Assembly (NCBI GenBank): GCA_029262005.1
Contig: JAJDAG010000012.1
Span: 3,161 to 67,160, forward strand
DNA from: Candidatus Zhuqueibacterota bacterium
Lineage (GTDB): Bacteria; Zhuqueibacterota; Zhuqueibacteria; Oceanimicrobiales; Oceanimicrobiaceae
Reading direction: 5' to 3'
Length of the DNA: 64,000 bases
Under the pieces are notes generated by a model. That model was not told the DNA's origin. It saw only the letters and a list, made by a program, of their open reading frames with translations, and made no database searches. How positions within the stretch are numbered: position 1 is the stretch's first letter; each line of letters begins with the position of its first letter. The translations under genes were made by a program, and so were the position numbers. Below are positions 20,766 to 30,171 of this stretch, in pieces.

Positions 20766-21596
20766 ATGGATAGAAAATGTTTTGCGGATGAAATTCGCTA
20801 CCAAAGGATGAGCACGCAGGAGCTGCGAGAATCGTTTTTGGTCGATAAGCTGTTTCAGCCGAACGTGATCGACCTTTGTTATACGGACGCTGATCGCGCG
20901 ATTGTTGGCTCTGCCGTTCCCGGTGCGGAGAGTTTGCGCCTTGCCACTGCCAAATACATGGCCTCGGATTATTTTGCTGAACGTCGGGAAATCGGCGTCA
21001 TCAATATCGGCCAAACCGGTTCAATTACGGTCGATGGCGAGAAATACAATTTGGACCACCGCGACGGCCTTTATATTGGCCGCGGCAACAAGGAGATTCT
21101 TTTTAGCAGCGAAAACGCGGCTGCTCCGGCTCGATTTTACATTTTGAGTTATCCTGCTCACACTGAATTCCCCACCACACATATCAAAGCTTCGACCATC
21201 GATCCGGTCCAGATCGGGGTGAATGAGGAAGCCAACGCGCGCGCCATTTATAAATACATCCATCTCGAAGGCGTGCGAAGCTGCCAGCTTGTCATGGGTC
21301 TTACTGAATTGCAAAAGGGCAGCATCTGGAACACGATGCCGGCACACACGCATGATCGGAGAACTGAAATTTATATGTATTTCGACTTGGGGAAAGATGA
21401 TTTGGCTTTCCATTTCATGGGTATGCCAGATGAAACACGACATATTGTGATCAGAAATCAACAGGCGGTTTTATCGCCGGGTTGGTCCATACACTGCGGC
21501 GCCGGAACCAGCAACTACACATTTATCTGGGGCATGGGCGGGGAAAACCAGGATTATGGCGATATGGATATGGTTGGAATGAAGCAATTGCTGTGA
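20766..21596 (+). CDS. kduI: 4-deoxy-L-threo-5-hexosulose-uronate ketol-isomerase
   Basis: near full-length similarity to E. coli KduI: GLYIGRGNKEILFSS, LTELQKGSIWNTMPAHTHDRRTEIYMYF, TRHIVIRNQQAVLSPGWSIHCGAGTSNYTFIWGMGGENQ. Confidence 0.9.
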   Translation: MDRKCFADEIRYQRMSTQELRESFLVDKLFQPNVIDLCYTDADRAIVGSAVPGAESLRLATAKYMASDYFAERREIGVINIGQTGSITVDGEKYNLDHRDGLYIGRGNKEILFSSENAAAPARFYILSYPAHTEFPTTHIKASTIDPVQIGVNEEANARAIYKYIHLEGVRSCQLVMGLTELQKGSIWNTMPAHTHDRRTEIYMYFDLGKDDLAFHFMGMPDETRHIVIRNQQAVLSPGWSIHCGAGTSNYTFIWGMGGENQDYGDMDMVGMKQLL

Positions 21597-21622
21597 CATA
21601 AAACGGAAGGAGATATAAAAAA

Positions 21623-22783
21623 ATGCTTGGCAGGAAGCGACTTTACATTTTTCTATTCACAGCGCTGTTTTTTTCTCAGTGTAAAAGTAACCATGATAGG
21701 CTTTTGATCACGGCTGCGAACGATTTGAATATCGAGCGTAAAAGCGAAACGATTGAGCTGCGATGGCAACACATTATCGCGAAAATACCGACGCTCAACC
21801 CCGGGTCCATTGAACTGACCGAGCAGGCTTCGGGTGCAAAACTCATCTCGCAGACCATTGATTATGATCAGGACGGGTCTGTGGATGCCTTGCTCTTCCA
21901 GGCTGATTTCGCGCCGAAAGCAGTCAAAACATTTGTGCTGCAGGCCACAAAAGAAGCCGCTCTCGTGGAAACGGCGTCAAAAACATACGCCAAGTTTGTG
22001 CCGACCCGATTCGATGATTTCGCCTGGGAAAACGACCGCATTGCCTTTCGCATGTACGGCCCGGCGCTGCAAGCAAAAGGTGAGATCAACAGCGGTGTCG
22101 ATGTTTGGGTGAAAAGCGTGCCCAATTTGGTGCTCGATAAATGGTACGCCCCCGATTATGGCTCCTATCACGAAGACAAGGGTGAAGGACTTGATCATTA
22201 TAAAGTCGGCCCCAGCCGAGGCTGCGGCGGTCTGGCTATTTGGGCAGATGAAAAAATGATCCCTTCCAAAAATTTCATTGAATGGAAGATCATTGCCAAT
22301 GGCCCGATTCGTACGGTTTTCGAATTGACTTATGCACCCTGGGAGGTTGCCGGTGACAAAATCTCCGAAATCAAACGCATCACCCTCGATGCCGGTCAGA
22401 ATCTGAATCGATTCGAAAGCACGTTCAAGAGTGCGCAGAACCGCGAGACGCTGCCCATTGCAATCGGCATTGTAAAGCGCGACAAGCCGGGCGATGTTTC
22501 CATGGATACAAAAAACGGTGTGTTGCGATACTGGCAGCCTGCGCATGAAAAGCATGGTCATACCGGCTGCGGCGTTGTGATTGCTCCTGCAAAAGTAAAT
22601 GATATGAAAGAACTTTCCGACCATTTTGTGGTCAGCACTGAGGCGAAAACCGCAAGTTCTTTGACCTATTATGCCGGTGCCGGGTGGAGCAAAAATGCTG
22701 ACTTCCCAACGCTGGCTGCCTGGGATAATTATTTAGCGCAATTTTCCGCCGGGTTGGCTTCACCGCTGCGGGTTGAGTTTTAA
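21623..22783 (+). CDS. Lipoprotein of the DUF4861-like type that sits between kduI and kduD in many uronate loci
   Basis: signal + Cys (FFSQC); position between kduI and kduD; no catalytic motif recognised. Confidence 0.45.
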   Translation: MLGRKRLYIFLFTALFFSQCKSNHDRLLITAANDLNIERKSETIELRWQHIIAKIPTLNPGSIELTEQASGAKLISQTIDYDQDGSVDALLFQADFAPKAVKTFVLQATKEAALVETASKTYAKFVPTRFDDFAWENDRIAFRMYGPALQAKGEINSGVDVWVKSVPNLVLDKWYAPDYGSYHEDKGEGLDHYKVGPSRGCGGLAIWADEKMIPSKNFIEWKIIANGPIRTVFELTYAPWEVAGDKISEIKRITLDAGQNLNRFESTFKSAQNRETLPIAIGIVKRDKPGDVSMDTKNGVLRYWQPAHEKHGHTGCGVVIAPAKVNDMKELSDHFVVSTEAKTASSLTYYAGAGWSKNADFPTLAAWDNYLAQFSAGLASPLRVEF

Positions 22784-22805
22784 AAAGATAAGGGTGGATT
22801 GAAAT

Positions 22806-23567
22806 ATGATATTAGAACAGTTTAGACTGGATGATAAAATTGCCATCGTCACCGGCGCTAACAGGGGCATCGGACAGGCCATGGCGATTGGGCTGGCCGA
22901 AGCCGGGGCAGATGTTACACTTGTCAGCAGAAATCCGGCCGATGCCACGCAGCAAACCATTGAAAAGCTCGGGCGAAAAGCAATTGTCATTTGCGCTGAT
23001 CTCGCATCACCAGGCAGCATCGAGACTATTGTCAATTCCACGATAAAAAAGTTCGGCAGAGTTGATATCCTCGTTAACAACGCCGGTATTATTCGCCGGG
23101 CGCCCTTCACGGAATTTTCTGAAAAAGACTGGGATGACGTTATCAATGTGAATCAAAGATCGCTTTTCCTGTTAAGTCAGGCAGTCGCAAAAGAATTCAT
23201 CAAACAAAGTGATGGCGGCAAGATAATCAATATCGCTTCAATGCTTTCTTTTCAAGGGGGTGTTTTTGTGCCATCCTATACCGCTTCGAAAAGCGCGGTG
23301 ATGGGATTGACGCGTTTGATGGCCAACGAATTAGCGCCGCATAATATCAATGTAAATGCCATTGCTCCGGGCTACATCGCGACCGACAACACCGCCCCTT
23401 TACGACAAGATGCAGCACGGAACAAAGCGATTCTCGAACGAATTCCGGCCGGGCGCTGGGGCCAGCCTGAAGACTTGAAAGGCATCGTCGTGTTTTTGGC
23501 ATGCGCTGCTTCGTCGTATATGCACGGTTATACGGTGGCAGTAGATGGCGGATGGCTGGCCAGGTAA
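22806..23567 (+). CDS. kduD: 2-dehydro-3-deoxy-D-gluconate 5-dehydrogenase (SDR)
   Basis: near-collinear with E. coli KduD: KIAIVTGANRGIGQ, DILVNNAGIIRR, FSEKDWDDVINVN, GGKIINIASMLSFQGG, VPSYTASKSAVMGLTRLMANE, NAIAPGYIATDNT, RIPAGRWG, GYTVAVDGGWLAR. Confidence 0.9.
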   Translation: MILEQFRLDDKIAIVTGANRGIGQAMAIGLAEAGADVTLVSRNPADATQQTIEKLGRKAIVICADLASPGSIETIVNSTIKKFGRVDILVNNAGIIRRAPFTEFSEKDWDDVINVNQRSLFLLSQAVAKEFIKQSDGGKIINIASMLSFQGGVFVPSYTASKSAVMGLTRLMANELAPHNINVNAIAPGYIATDNTAPLRQDAARNKAILERIPAGRWGQPEDLKGIVVFLACAASSYMHGYTVAVDGGWLAR

Positions 23568-23661
23568 TTATTTTAGACGATTGCTTCCAGGGTTTGCTAT
23601 CCTTCGATGCTTTAGCTTGATCGATTCACAAATCGACAATTTGCGACCATAAAATATGAGT

Positions 23662-23774
23662 CGGGTTGTCACTCAGGAGGCGTCTTTGTAATAAAGTAAG
23701 CTGCTGTGAATCAATAGGATTCCTCCTGATTGACAAGGATGTTGTGAATTGTTCAGGTTAGAAAAAAGAATGAG
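23662..23774. promoter_or_regulatory. Conserved ~110-nt intergenic element, copy 1 (15-bp inverted repeat TTGTCACTCAGGAGG / CCTCCTGATTGACAA with 56-nt arm-to-arm offset, then GGATGTTGTGAATTGTTCAGGTTAGA...AATGAG), 34 nt upstream of the TonB-dependent receptor start
   Basis: near-identical architecture and flanks recur at 33940-34052; spacer core CTGCTGT conserved. Confidence 0.5.
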
Positions 23775-23807
23775 ATTTATTAATTTTACCGGATTATGGA
23801 GGGTTAA

Positions 23808-26720
23808 ATGAGACAGAGAACGCAAATCAGTTTTTTGTGCTTTATCATACTTCTTGGCCTCAGCTTGTCAACTCTGACTGTTAACGCTGCTGTCAGTGGA
23901 AAGATAGCCGGCCAGGTGACTGATGCAAACACAGGGGAATCGCTGCCCGGGGCAAATGTTATGATAATCGGCACAAGTCTTGGGACTGCAACTGATCCTG
24001 AAGGAAGATACTTTCTGCCGAGAGTCCCGCCAGGTCAATATACACTAAAAATCAGTTATATCGGCTATCAAGAGATAGAACTACCGGTAACGGTTTATGC
24101 TGATCAAACCTTAACCCAGAACGGACAACTGTCCTTCCAGGTTGTCGAAGGGGAAAGCATTTTTATCACAGCCCAGGCGGAAGGGCAAATGGAAGCGATT
24201 AACCAGCAACTCTCATCAACCAGCATTAAAAATATCGTTGCTTCCGATCGCATTCAGGAAATTCCAGATGCCAACGCCGCTGAATCCGTGGGCAGGTTAC
24301 CAGGGGTTTCCATACTGCGCAGTAATGGTGAGGGCAACAAGGTTGTTGTTCGCGGGCTTTCACCTCAGTACAACTCGGTAACGGTTAACGGCGTCCGCAT
24401 GGCCTCCTCCGGCAATGATCGGAGTGTGGATATGTCCATGATTTCATCTAATCTGCTGTCCGGTATTGAGGTTCAAAAATCGCTTACGCCGGATCGGGAT
24501 GCCGATGCCATCGGTGGTATTGTAGATTTCAAACTGAAAGAAGCGCCAAACGGCTTTAATACGGATCTTTTGTTGCAAGGAGGTTACAACGGCCAGCAAT
24601 CAGAAACGGATAATTACAAAATGGCTGCTTCGTTCAGTAACCGGTTCTGGAACGATAAGTTCGGTGTTATCGTGCAAGCGAATACCGAGCGATTCAATCG
24701 CAGCTCGGATAATTTGAGCGGTAGTTATCGCATTGAAAAAGAAGATTTGGAAACCAACACCGCCGATATTCTGCTCAGTTCCATCACCCTGACCGATCAC
24801 CTGGAGTCGAGAAAACGCACCGGCGCCAGCCTTTTTCTGGATTATAAATTACCCCAGGGCAAGGTTGCTTTTCATAACTTCTATTCCTTGATGGACCGGG
24901 AAATTACGGATTATAAGGAAACGCTGAATATAAATGAAGTCCAACACAATTACCAGCCCACGCAATCGAATAGGAAGACCACCACGTTAACCAATGCGCT
25001 TTCTATGGAGAGCGTCTTGTTTGGTTCGAAAATCGATGCAAGTCTTGCTCATTCCTTCGCCTCCTCAAAAATACCGTGGCAGCATTCATGGACTTTCCAG
25101 GAGCCGGGTGGTTTTGCCAGCGGTTTTGATCCGGAGGCCATTTTGCCGGTTGATGTGCAGGCCTTCGCGAAAAACGATAGCGTCGCTGCCTTTTTGAATA
25201 ACATGAGCCGGGTCAACAGTTTTACCGAAGAGAGGGAATATACAGCCCAGGCCAATATCGAGATGCCTTTCGCGTTGACAGACAATATAAGCGGTGCCTT
25301 CAAGTTTGGCGGTAAATATCGTTACAAAACCCGAGAACACGACATCAATGAAAGGACAGTGCTCTTTAGAGTTGAGGAAGCCTTGCGCGCTGAGGTATAT
25401 GGAGCCTATCCCTTCATCGGAGATAACGTTGTTGGAGAGAAAGTGCCAATCTGGCTTTTGCAAGATCGCAATTATGATCCGGGTGAGTTTCTCGGCGGCA
25501 ACTATGATTTAGGCTATACCGCTGATTTGGATATAATGGAGCACATTACCGAACTGGGCCGATCTTACGAAAAAAATGACGCGACTGAGTCATTGCAAGA
25601 TGATTATAGTGGTAACGAAGCTTTGGGCGCCGGTTATGCCATGGCTGAAATCAACCTGGGATCGAAACTCCTGTTTATCCCCGGCGTCCGCTATGAGCGC
25701 ATCCGGACGGAATATCAGGCATGGAAGGCCAGTGATAATACCGACCCCGGCAACCCTGAAGATACCGATGCCGTGGATACAACCACTGTGCGAATCAACA
25801 GTCATTTTTTCCCGATGTTCCAGTTGCGCTACAAGGTCACAGATTGGTTTGATGTTCGCCTGGCGCGAACAAAGTCCCTGACGCGCCCTTCTTACCGGGA
25901 CATTATGCCCAAGCAGTTTTTGGACACACGCGACAATAAATTCTTTTTCAATAACCCTCAACTTGAACCTTCCATTTCGGTGAATTACGACCTCTACCTG
26001 TCGTTTTACGGCAATCGTATCGGTCTCTTTACAGTTGGCGGATTTTACAAAGAAATCGATGGGCTTATTTGGCAACGGCAATGGTCCTTGTTGCGCAATT
26101 CGTCTGACACCGAGGCATTTTTGGCTGAAAACGGACTGAGCAATACCATCGTTGGCTACGAAGTGACAACAGACATCAACAATCGATTCAAGGCATCTTT
26201 CAAAGGGGTAGAATTTGACTGGCAGACGAACTTTTGGTATTTGCCAAATCTGTTCCGCAATCTCGTGCTGAATATAAACTACACTCATATTTTTTCCGAG
26301 ACCACTTACCCGCGTGTGCTGTTGCGGACCCAATACTTAAACGAAGCACCCTGGGTTTTGGAAGAAAACCTGACGGCAGATCGCGATGGCCAGATGCTGC
26401 ATCAACCGAATAACGTTGTAAATATTTCGCTTGGCTATGATATTAGTGGCTTCTCTGCGCGTCTCTCGATGTTGTACCAGGGAGAAATCCTCTCCAGGTT
26501 GGGTGCTCGCCCCGAGGTCGATGGTTTTACCGAAGACTATGTTCGTTGGGATCTCTCGGTGAAACAAAATCTGCCTTTTAGCGGGCTCCAGTTATATTTA
26601 AACCTGAATAACATATCTGATCGTCCGGATATATCTCGTCGACCGATTGAGACTTTCGTCACCAGTGAGCAATATTATGGCAGGACAGGTGAAATTGGAA
26701 TTCGATACGTCATCAAGTAA
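23808..26720 (+). CDS. TonB-dependent outer-membrane receptor with N-terminal carboxypeptidase-regulatory-like domain (SusC-like architecture, no SusD partner)
   Basis: signal peptide; GKIAGQVTDANTGESLPGANVMIIGTSLGTATDPEGRYFL...ISYIGYQEIE (CarbopepD_reg); plug region DRIQEIPDANAAESVGRLPGVSI...VVRGL; long beta-barrel; GGAGGG RBS. Confidence 0.8.
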   Translation: MRQRTQISFLCFIILLGLSLSTLTVNAAVSGKIAGQVTDANTGESLPGANVMIIGTSLGTATDPEGRYFLPRVPPGQYTLKISYIGYQEIELPVTVYADQTLTQNGQLSFQVVEGESIFITAQAEGQMEAINQQLSSTSIKNIVASDRIQEIPDANAAESVGRLPGVSILRSNGEGNKVVVRGLSPQYNSVTVNGVRMASSGNDRSVDMSMISSNLLSGIEVQKSLTPDRDADAIGGIVDFKLKEAPNGFNTDLLLQGGYNGQQSETDNYKMAASFSNRFWNDKFGVIVQANTERFNRSSDNLSGSYRIEKEDLETNTADILLSSITLTDHLESRKRTGASLFLDYKLPQGKVAFHNFYSLMDREITDYKETLNINEVQHNYQPTQSNRKTTTLTNALSMESVLFGSKIDASLAHSFASSKIPWQHSWTFQEPGGFASGFDPEAILPVDVQAFAKNDSVAAFLNNMSRVNSFTEEREYTAQANIEMPFALTDNISGAFKFGGKYRYKTREHDINERTVLFRVEEALRAEVYGAYPFIGDNVVGEKVPIWLLQDRNYDPGEFLGGNYDLGYTADLDIMEHITELGRSYEKNDATESLQDDYSGNEALGAGYAMAEINLGSKLLFIPGVRYERIRTEYQAWKASDNTDPGNPEDTDAVDTTTVRINSHFFPMFQLRYKVTDWFDVRLARTKSLTRPSYRDIMPKQFLDTRDNKFFFNNPQLEPSISVNYDLYLSFYGNRIGLFTVGGFYKEIDGLIWQRQWSLLRNSSDTEAFLAENGLSNTIVGYEVTTDINNRFKASFKGVEFDWQTNFWYLPNLFRNLVLNINYTHIFSETTYPRVLLRTQYLNEAPWVLEENLTADRDGQMLHQPNNVVNISLGYDISGFSARLSMLYQGEILSRLGARPEVDGFTEDYVRWDLSVKQNLPFSGLQLYLNLNNISDRPDISRRPIETFVTSEQYYGRTGEIGIRYVIK

Positions 26721-26879
26721 AGAAGAGGACTAAAAGAATCCTGAGCAGACACATTCAGATAAACTAATTTCCACGTGGCTTTTAATCAACACGCAGTTCT
26801 TCAGAAAGGAGGTTTAAAGAATTTTTTTTAGTAAGTGAATAAATAATTAGAACCAATTATTTAAAGGAGGGTTTGCAAA

Positions 26880-28514
26880 ATGCATTCACATCAAAAAAGT
26901 AGTTTTATTTTTGCCATGATACTGTGCTTAAGCATGGTTATGCCTGTAGTTGTGCTGGCTCAACCCAATACCGTTGTTGTCGAGCCCGGGGTAGGCACTC
27001 TGAATGATGCTGTGGCGGCCAATCAGAATTCCGATACTATATTGCAACTGCGGCGTGGCGGCCGTTATACTTTAAACGGCAGACTGAAAAATGACGGTTT
27101 TACGCTTCACATCGAAGGCGAAGCTGATGATCCGAACAATCCATTGCCGCCGGCAACCATTTGGCCGATAACCAAATCGGACGGCACTTCTGACAACCCG
27201 CTCATCGAAATGAAGGGGGATGGCATATTCAAGAATATCGCTTTCCTGGGAATGAATTCCCAACTAGTCCGGATGGCAAATGCTATAAAAGTTCAAGCTG
27301 ACAGCGTTCGTCTTGTTGTTGATAACTGCCTCTTTGAGCATTTCAGGAACAGGGCTATCCGGGCCAAATCAAACGGGATCGATGTTTTTTTAACCAACAA
27401 TATTTTCAGGAATATTCTGGACAAGACGCGCAACTGGTATAATGCGGGCGCGCTCTCGCTCGATCACCTTCCCGCCGATACAGTCTGGTATGAAAACAAC
27501 ACCTTTGTCAACGTCCAGAGCTTTGTCTTCCAGGTCAGGTTTAATGTTGTCAACCATGTCCATTGGAATCACAACACCGTGGTCAATAATTCAAAGAATA
27601 CTTTTCATTTCGAGCAATGGACCGATGGCGTCGTTACCAACAATCTTTTTATCAACACTCAATTCTCCGGCGATTCCGATTCGGAAAGATCCGGCCAGGA
27701 TTTGGATGGTTTGGCCAGAGGCTCATGGATGATTGATACATTGGATGTTGCATTGGGTATTCCCGAGGCATCAAGAAAAGTTCTGCTGGGCAACAATAAC
27801 TGGTATCTGGATCCAAAATTCATCGATTTCTACGCCACCAACGATACGGTGCAGGCGCAACCTTTCTTTAATGAAACTGCGGCAGCCTTTTTCGCCGATA
27901 ATGTGAACTACCCCGATGTAATCGAGCAAAACAATACCCAGATCGATCCCCAGTTCACCACGCCACCGGATAATATCGATGCGATTATTGCCTGGTCAAC
28001 GGAACGGCGCATGAATCCGGTACCGAATGAAGTCACTGAATGGGCATGGGACCCGGATGGTGATCCATTAACAATTGGTTGGCCGCTCTCTGAGGACTTG
28101 AGCTACGCGAGCAGCAGCCCTCTCTATACCGCCGGTAGTGATGGGTTCCCTCTTGGTGATCTAAACTGGTTCCCGGATAAAAAAGCAGAGTTTGTGACGA
28201 GCGTTGAAACTGAAACACCTTCATCTATTCCGAGTGCTTTCGAGTTGTCACAAAACTATCCAAATCCCTTCAATCCTGAAACGTCCATCCAATACGCTCT
28301 GAAGAAAAACGGCCACGTGACATTGACCGTGTTCAACGTGCTTGGTCAGAAGTTCGCCACCCTTGTCGATCAAAAACAACAGGCCGGCCAGCACAGCGTG
28401 CACTGGGATGGCCGGGACCAAAGAGGTGAGCTTGCACCAAGCGGTGTATATTTCTACAAACTTGCACTGGATGGCTTTCAAAGTCAGACACGTAAGATGG
28501 TTTTGATGAAGTAG
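26880..28514 (+). CDS. Secreted right-handed parallel beta-helix protein (polysaccharide lyase/hydrolase-like) with T9SS C-terminal sorting domain
   Basis: repeats NNIFRNIL..., NNLFINTQF..., NCLFEHFRNRAIRAKSNG; C-terminal NYPNPFNPETSIQYAL...GVYFYKL...RKMVLMK. Confidence 0.65.
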   Translation: MHSHQKSSFIFAMILCLSMVMPVVVLAQPNTVVVEPGVGTLNDAVAANQNSDTILQLRRGGRYTLNGRLKNDGFTLHIEGEADDPNNPLPPATIWPITKSDGTSDNPLIEMKGDGIFKNIAFLGMNSQLVRMANAIKVQADSVRLVVDNCLFEHFRNRAIRAKSNGIDVFLTNNIFRNILDKTRNWYNAGALSLDHLPADTVWYENNTFVNVQSFVFQVRFNVVNHVHWNHNTVVNNSKNTFHFEQWTDGVVTNNLFINTQFSGDSDSERSGQDLDGLARGSWMIDTLDVALGIPEASRKVLLGNNNWYLDPKFIDFYATNDTVQAQPFFNETAAAFFADNVNYPDVIEQNNTQIDPQFTTPPDNIDAIIAWSTERRMNPVPNEVTEWAWDPDGDPLTIGWPLSEDLSYASSSPLYTAGSDGFPLGDLNWFPDKKAEFVTSVETETPSSIPSAFELSQNYPNPFNPETSIQYALKKNGHVTLTVFNVLGQKFATLVDQKQQAGQHSVHWDGRDQRGELAPSGVYFYKLALDGFQSQTRKMVLMK

Positions 28515-28540
28515 GCTGGTTACAACGTTTGCAGAATTCT

Positions 28541-28576
28541 AACCCCTTCCAGGGTTTCAAGCCCTGGAGGGGTTGA
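28541..28576. repeat. GC-rich palindromic intergenic repeat (family 1), 27 nt after the beta-helix gene stop
   Basis: AACCCCTTCCAGGGTTTCAAGCCCTGGAGGGGTTGA; 11-bp stem with one bulged T, loop TTTCAA. Confidence 0.5.
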
Positions 28577-28834
28577 CTTAATGTTATTGCAATCAGGTTA
28601 GAAATTGTTTGTCCCGGCCTTTCAGGAGCAGGGGAAATCCGTGGCGAATGCTTATCTTGGTGCGTGCTCGATAACACCATAACCCCCACAGATCAACATA
28701 GAACTAAAATGGGGGCTTGCAATACCATTTTCAAGGGCAGGGTGGATGTGTACTGTAATTGTTTACTCTATTCAGGATTTGTACATTGTTTTTGAGTAGC
28801 CAGGTGATTTTAATTGATGTCGGATTGAGATAAG

Positions 28835-30139
28835 ATGCCTTCAGCATTTCACATAATGGCCAAACCTATTGGCCCGGTTTGCAATATTGACTGCACCTAC
28901 TGTTTTTACCTGGAAAAGGAGAAACTGTATCCGCAAAAATCGGACTTCCGTATGTCTGATGCAGTGCTGGAGTCATTCATCCGTCAGAAAATCGCCAATC
29001 ATTCGGTTCCAAAAGTTACATTTGCCTGGCAGGGTGGCGAGCCGACCCTTTTGGGCGTTGATTTCTTTCGCAAGGTCGTCGCGCTGCAAAAGAAATATGC
29101 CGACGGCAAAGAAATTGAAAACGGGTTTCAAACCAATGGCGTTTTGCTCGATGATGAGTGGTGCACGTTTTTCAAGGAGAACAATTTTCTCGTCGGATTG
29201 TCTTTGGATGGTCCGGAAGAGAGCCACAACCGTTTTCGGATCAATAAAGGTGGCAAAGGCACATTTCAGCAAGTCATGCGTGGATTGGAGTTTCTTAAAA
29301 AGAATGGTGTGGAGTTTAATACTCTGACAGTGTTGCAACGGGATAACTCCTGTCATCCGCTGGAGATTTATCGTTTCCTGAAAGAAGTGGGCAGCGGTTT
29401 CATGCAATTTATTCCAATTGTGGAGCGAGTGGCTCAAGATTCTCCCGGGGACGGGCTTTCCCTGGTCGCACCAAATTTTACGGCCGCATCCCAGGTGACG
29501 GATTGGTCGGTGGAGCCGGTACAATATGGCAAATTTCTCTGCGCTATTTTCGATGAATGGGTTCGCAAGGATGTCGGCGAACAATTCGTGCAGATGTTTG
29601 ATGTTGCACTGTCGGCCTGGCTGGGCTTAGAGCCCCCGCTTTGTGTTTTTCGCAGGACCTGCGGTGACGCCCTTGCCATTGAACATAATGGCGACGTTTA
29701 TTCATGTGACCATTTTGTCTATCCGGAAAATAAACTGGGTAATATTATCGACAGCCCGCTCGAAGCACTGATTTCATCGGACAAGCAAGTCAGGTTTGGC
29801 CGGGACAAATTGGATCAGCTTCCGAAGTATTGCGGGGACTGTGACGTTAGATTTGTTTGTAACGGTGAATGCCCCAAACATCGTTTTCTAAAAACACCGG
29901 ATGGAGAAGAAGGACTGAACTATTTGTGCGCCGGATACAAACAGTTTTTTAAACACATCGATCCATTTATGAAATTTATGGCAAATGAATTACGAAACCA
30001 GCGCCCACCGGCCAATGTGATGGCCTGGGCAGAAGAAAAGGACAAAGGTTTTCCTTCTCACAACATAGGGCGCAATGAGCCCTGTCCATGCGGCAGCGGC
30101 ATAAAGATCAAGAACTGTTGTGCTTCCAATAAAAAATAG
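28835..30139 (+). CDS. Anaerobic sulfatase-maturating enzyme (radical SAM/SPASM) with extra C-terminal SEC-C-type Cys motif
   Basis: HIMAKPIGPVCNIDCTYCFY (CxxxCxxC); SPASM Cys cluster CGDCDVRFVCNGECPKH; C-terminus EPCPCGSGIKIKNCC. Confidence 0.85.
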   Translation: MPSAFHIMAKPIGPVCNIDCTYCFYLEKEKLYPQKSDFRMSDAVLESFIRQKIANHSVPKVTFAWQGGEPTLLGVDFFRKVVALQKKYADGKEIENGFQTNGVLLDDEWCTFFKENNFLVGLSLDGPEESHNRFRINKGGKGTFQQVMRGLEFLKKNGVEFNTLTVLQRDNSCHPLEIYRFLKEVGSGFMQFIPIVERVAQDSPGDGLSLVAPNFTAASQVTDWSVEPVQYGKFLCAIFDEWVRKDVGEQFVQMFDVALSAWLGLEPPLCVFRRTCGDALAIEHNGDVYSCDHFVYPENKLGNIIDSPLEALISSDKQVRFGRDKLDQLPKYCGDCDVRFVCNGECPKHRFLKTPDGEEGLNYLCAGYKQFFKHIDPFMKFMANELRNQRPPANVMAWAEEKDKGFPSHNIGRNEPCPCGSGIKIKNCCASNKK

Positions 30140-30171
30140 AATTAGATCTAAAAGAAAAAGCGAAACAAGTT

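Noticed and set aside
23655-23690. An 11-codon mini-ORF (MSRVVTQEASL) overlapping the left arm of the conserved element, considered as a leader peptide.
   Set aside because: There is no equivalent ATG or conserved peptide in the second copy at 33940. The nucleotide conservation is therefore not coding.
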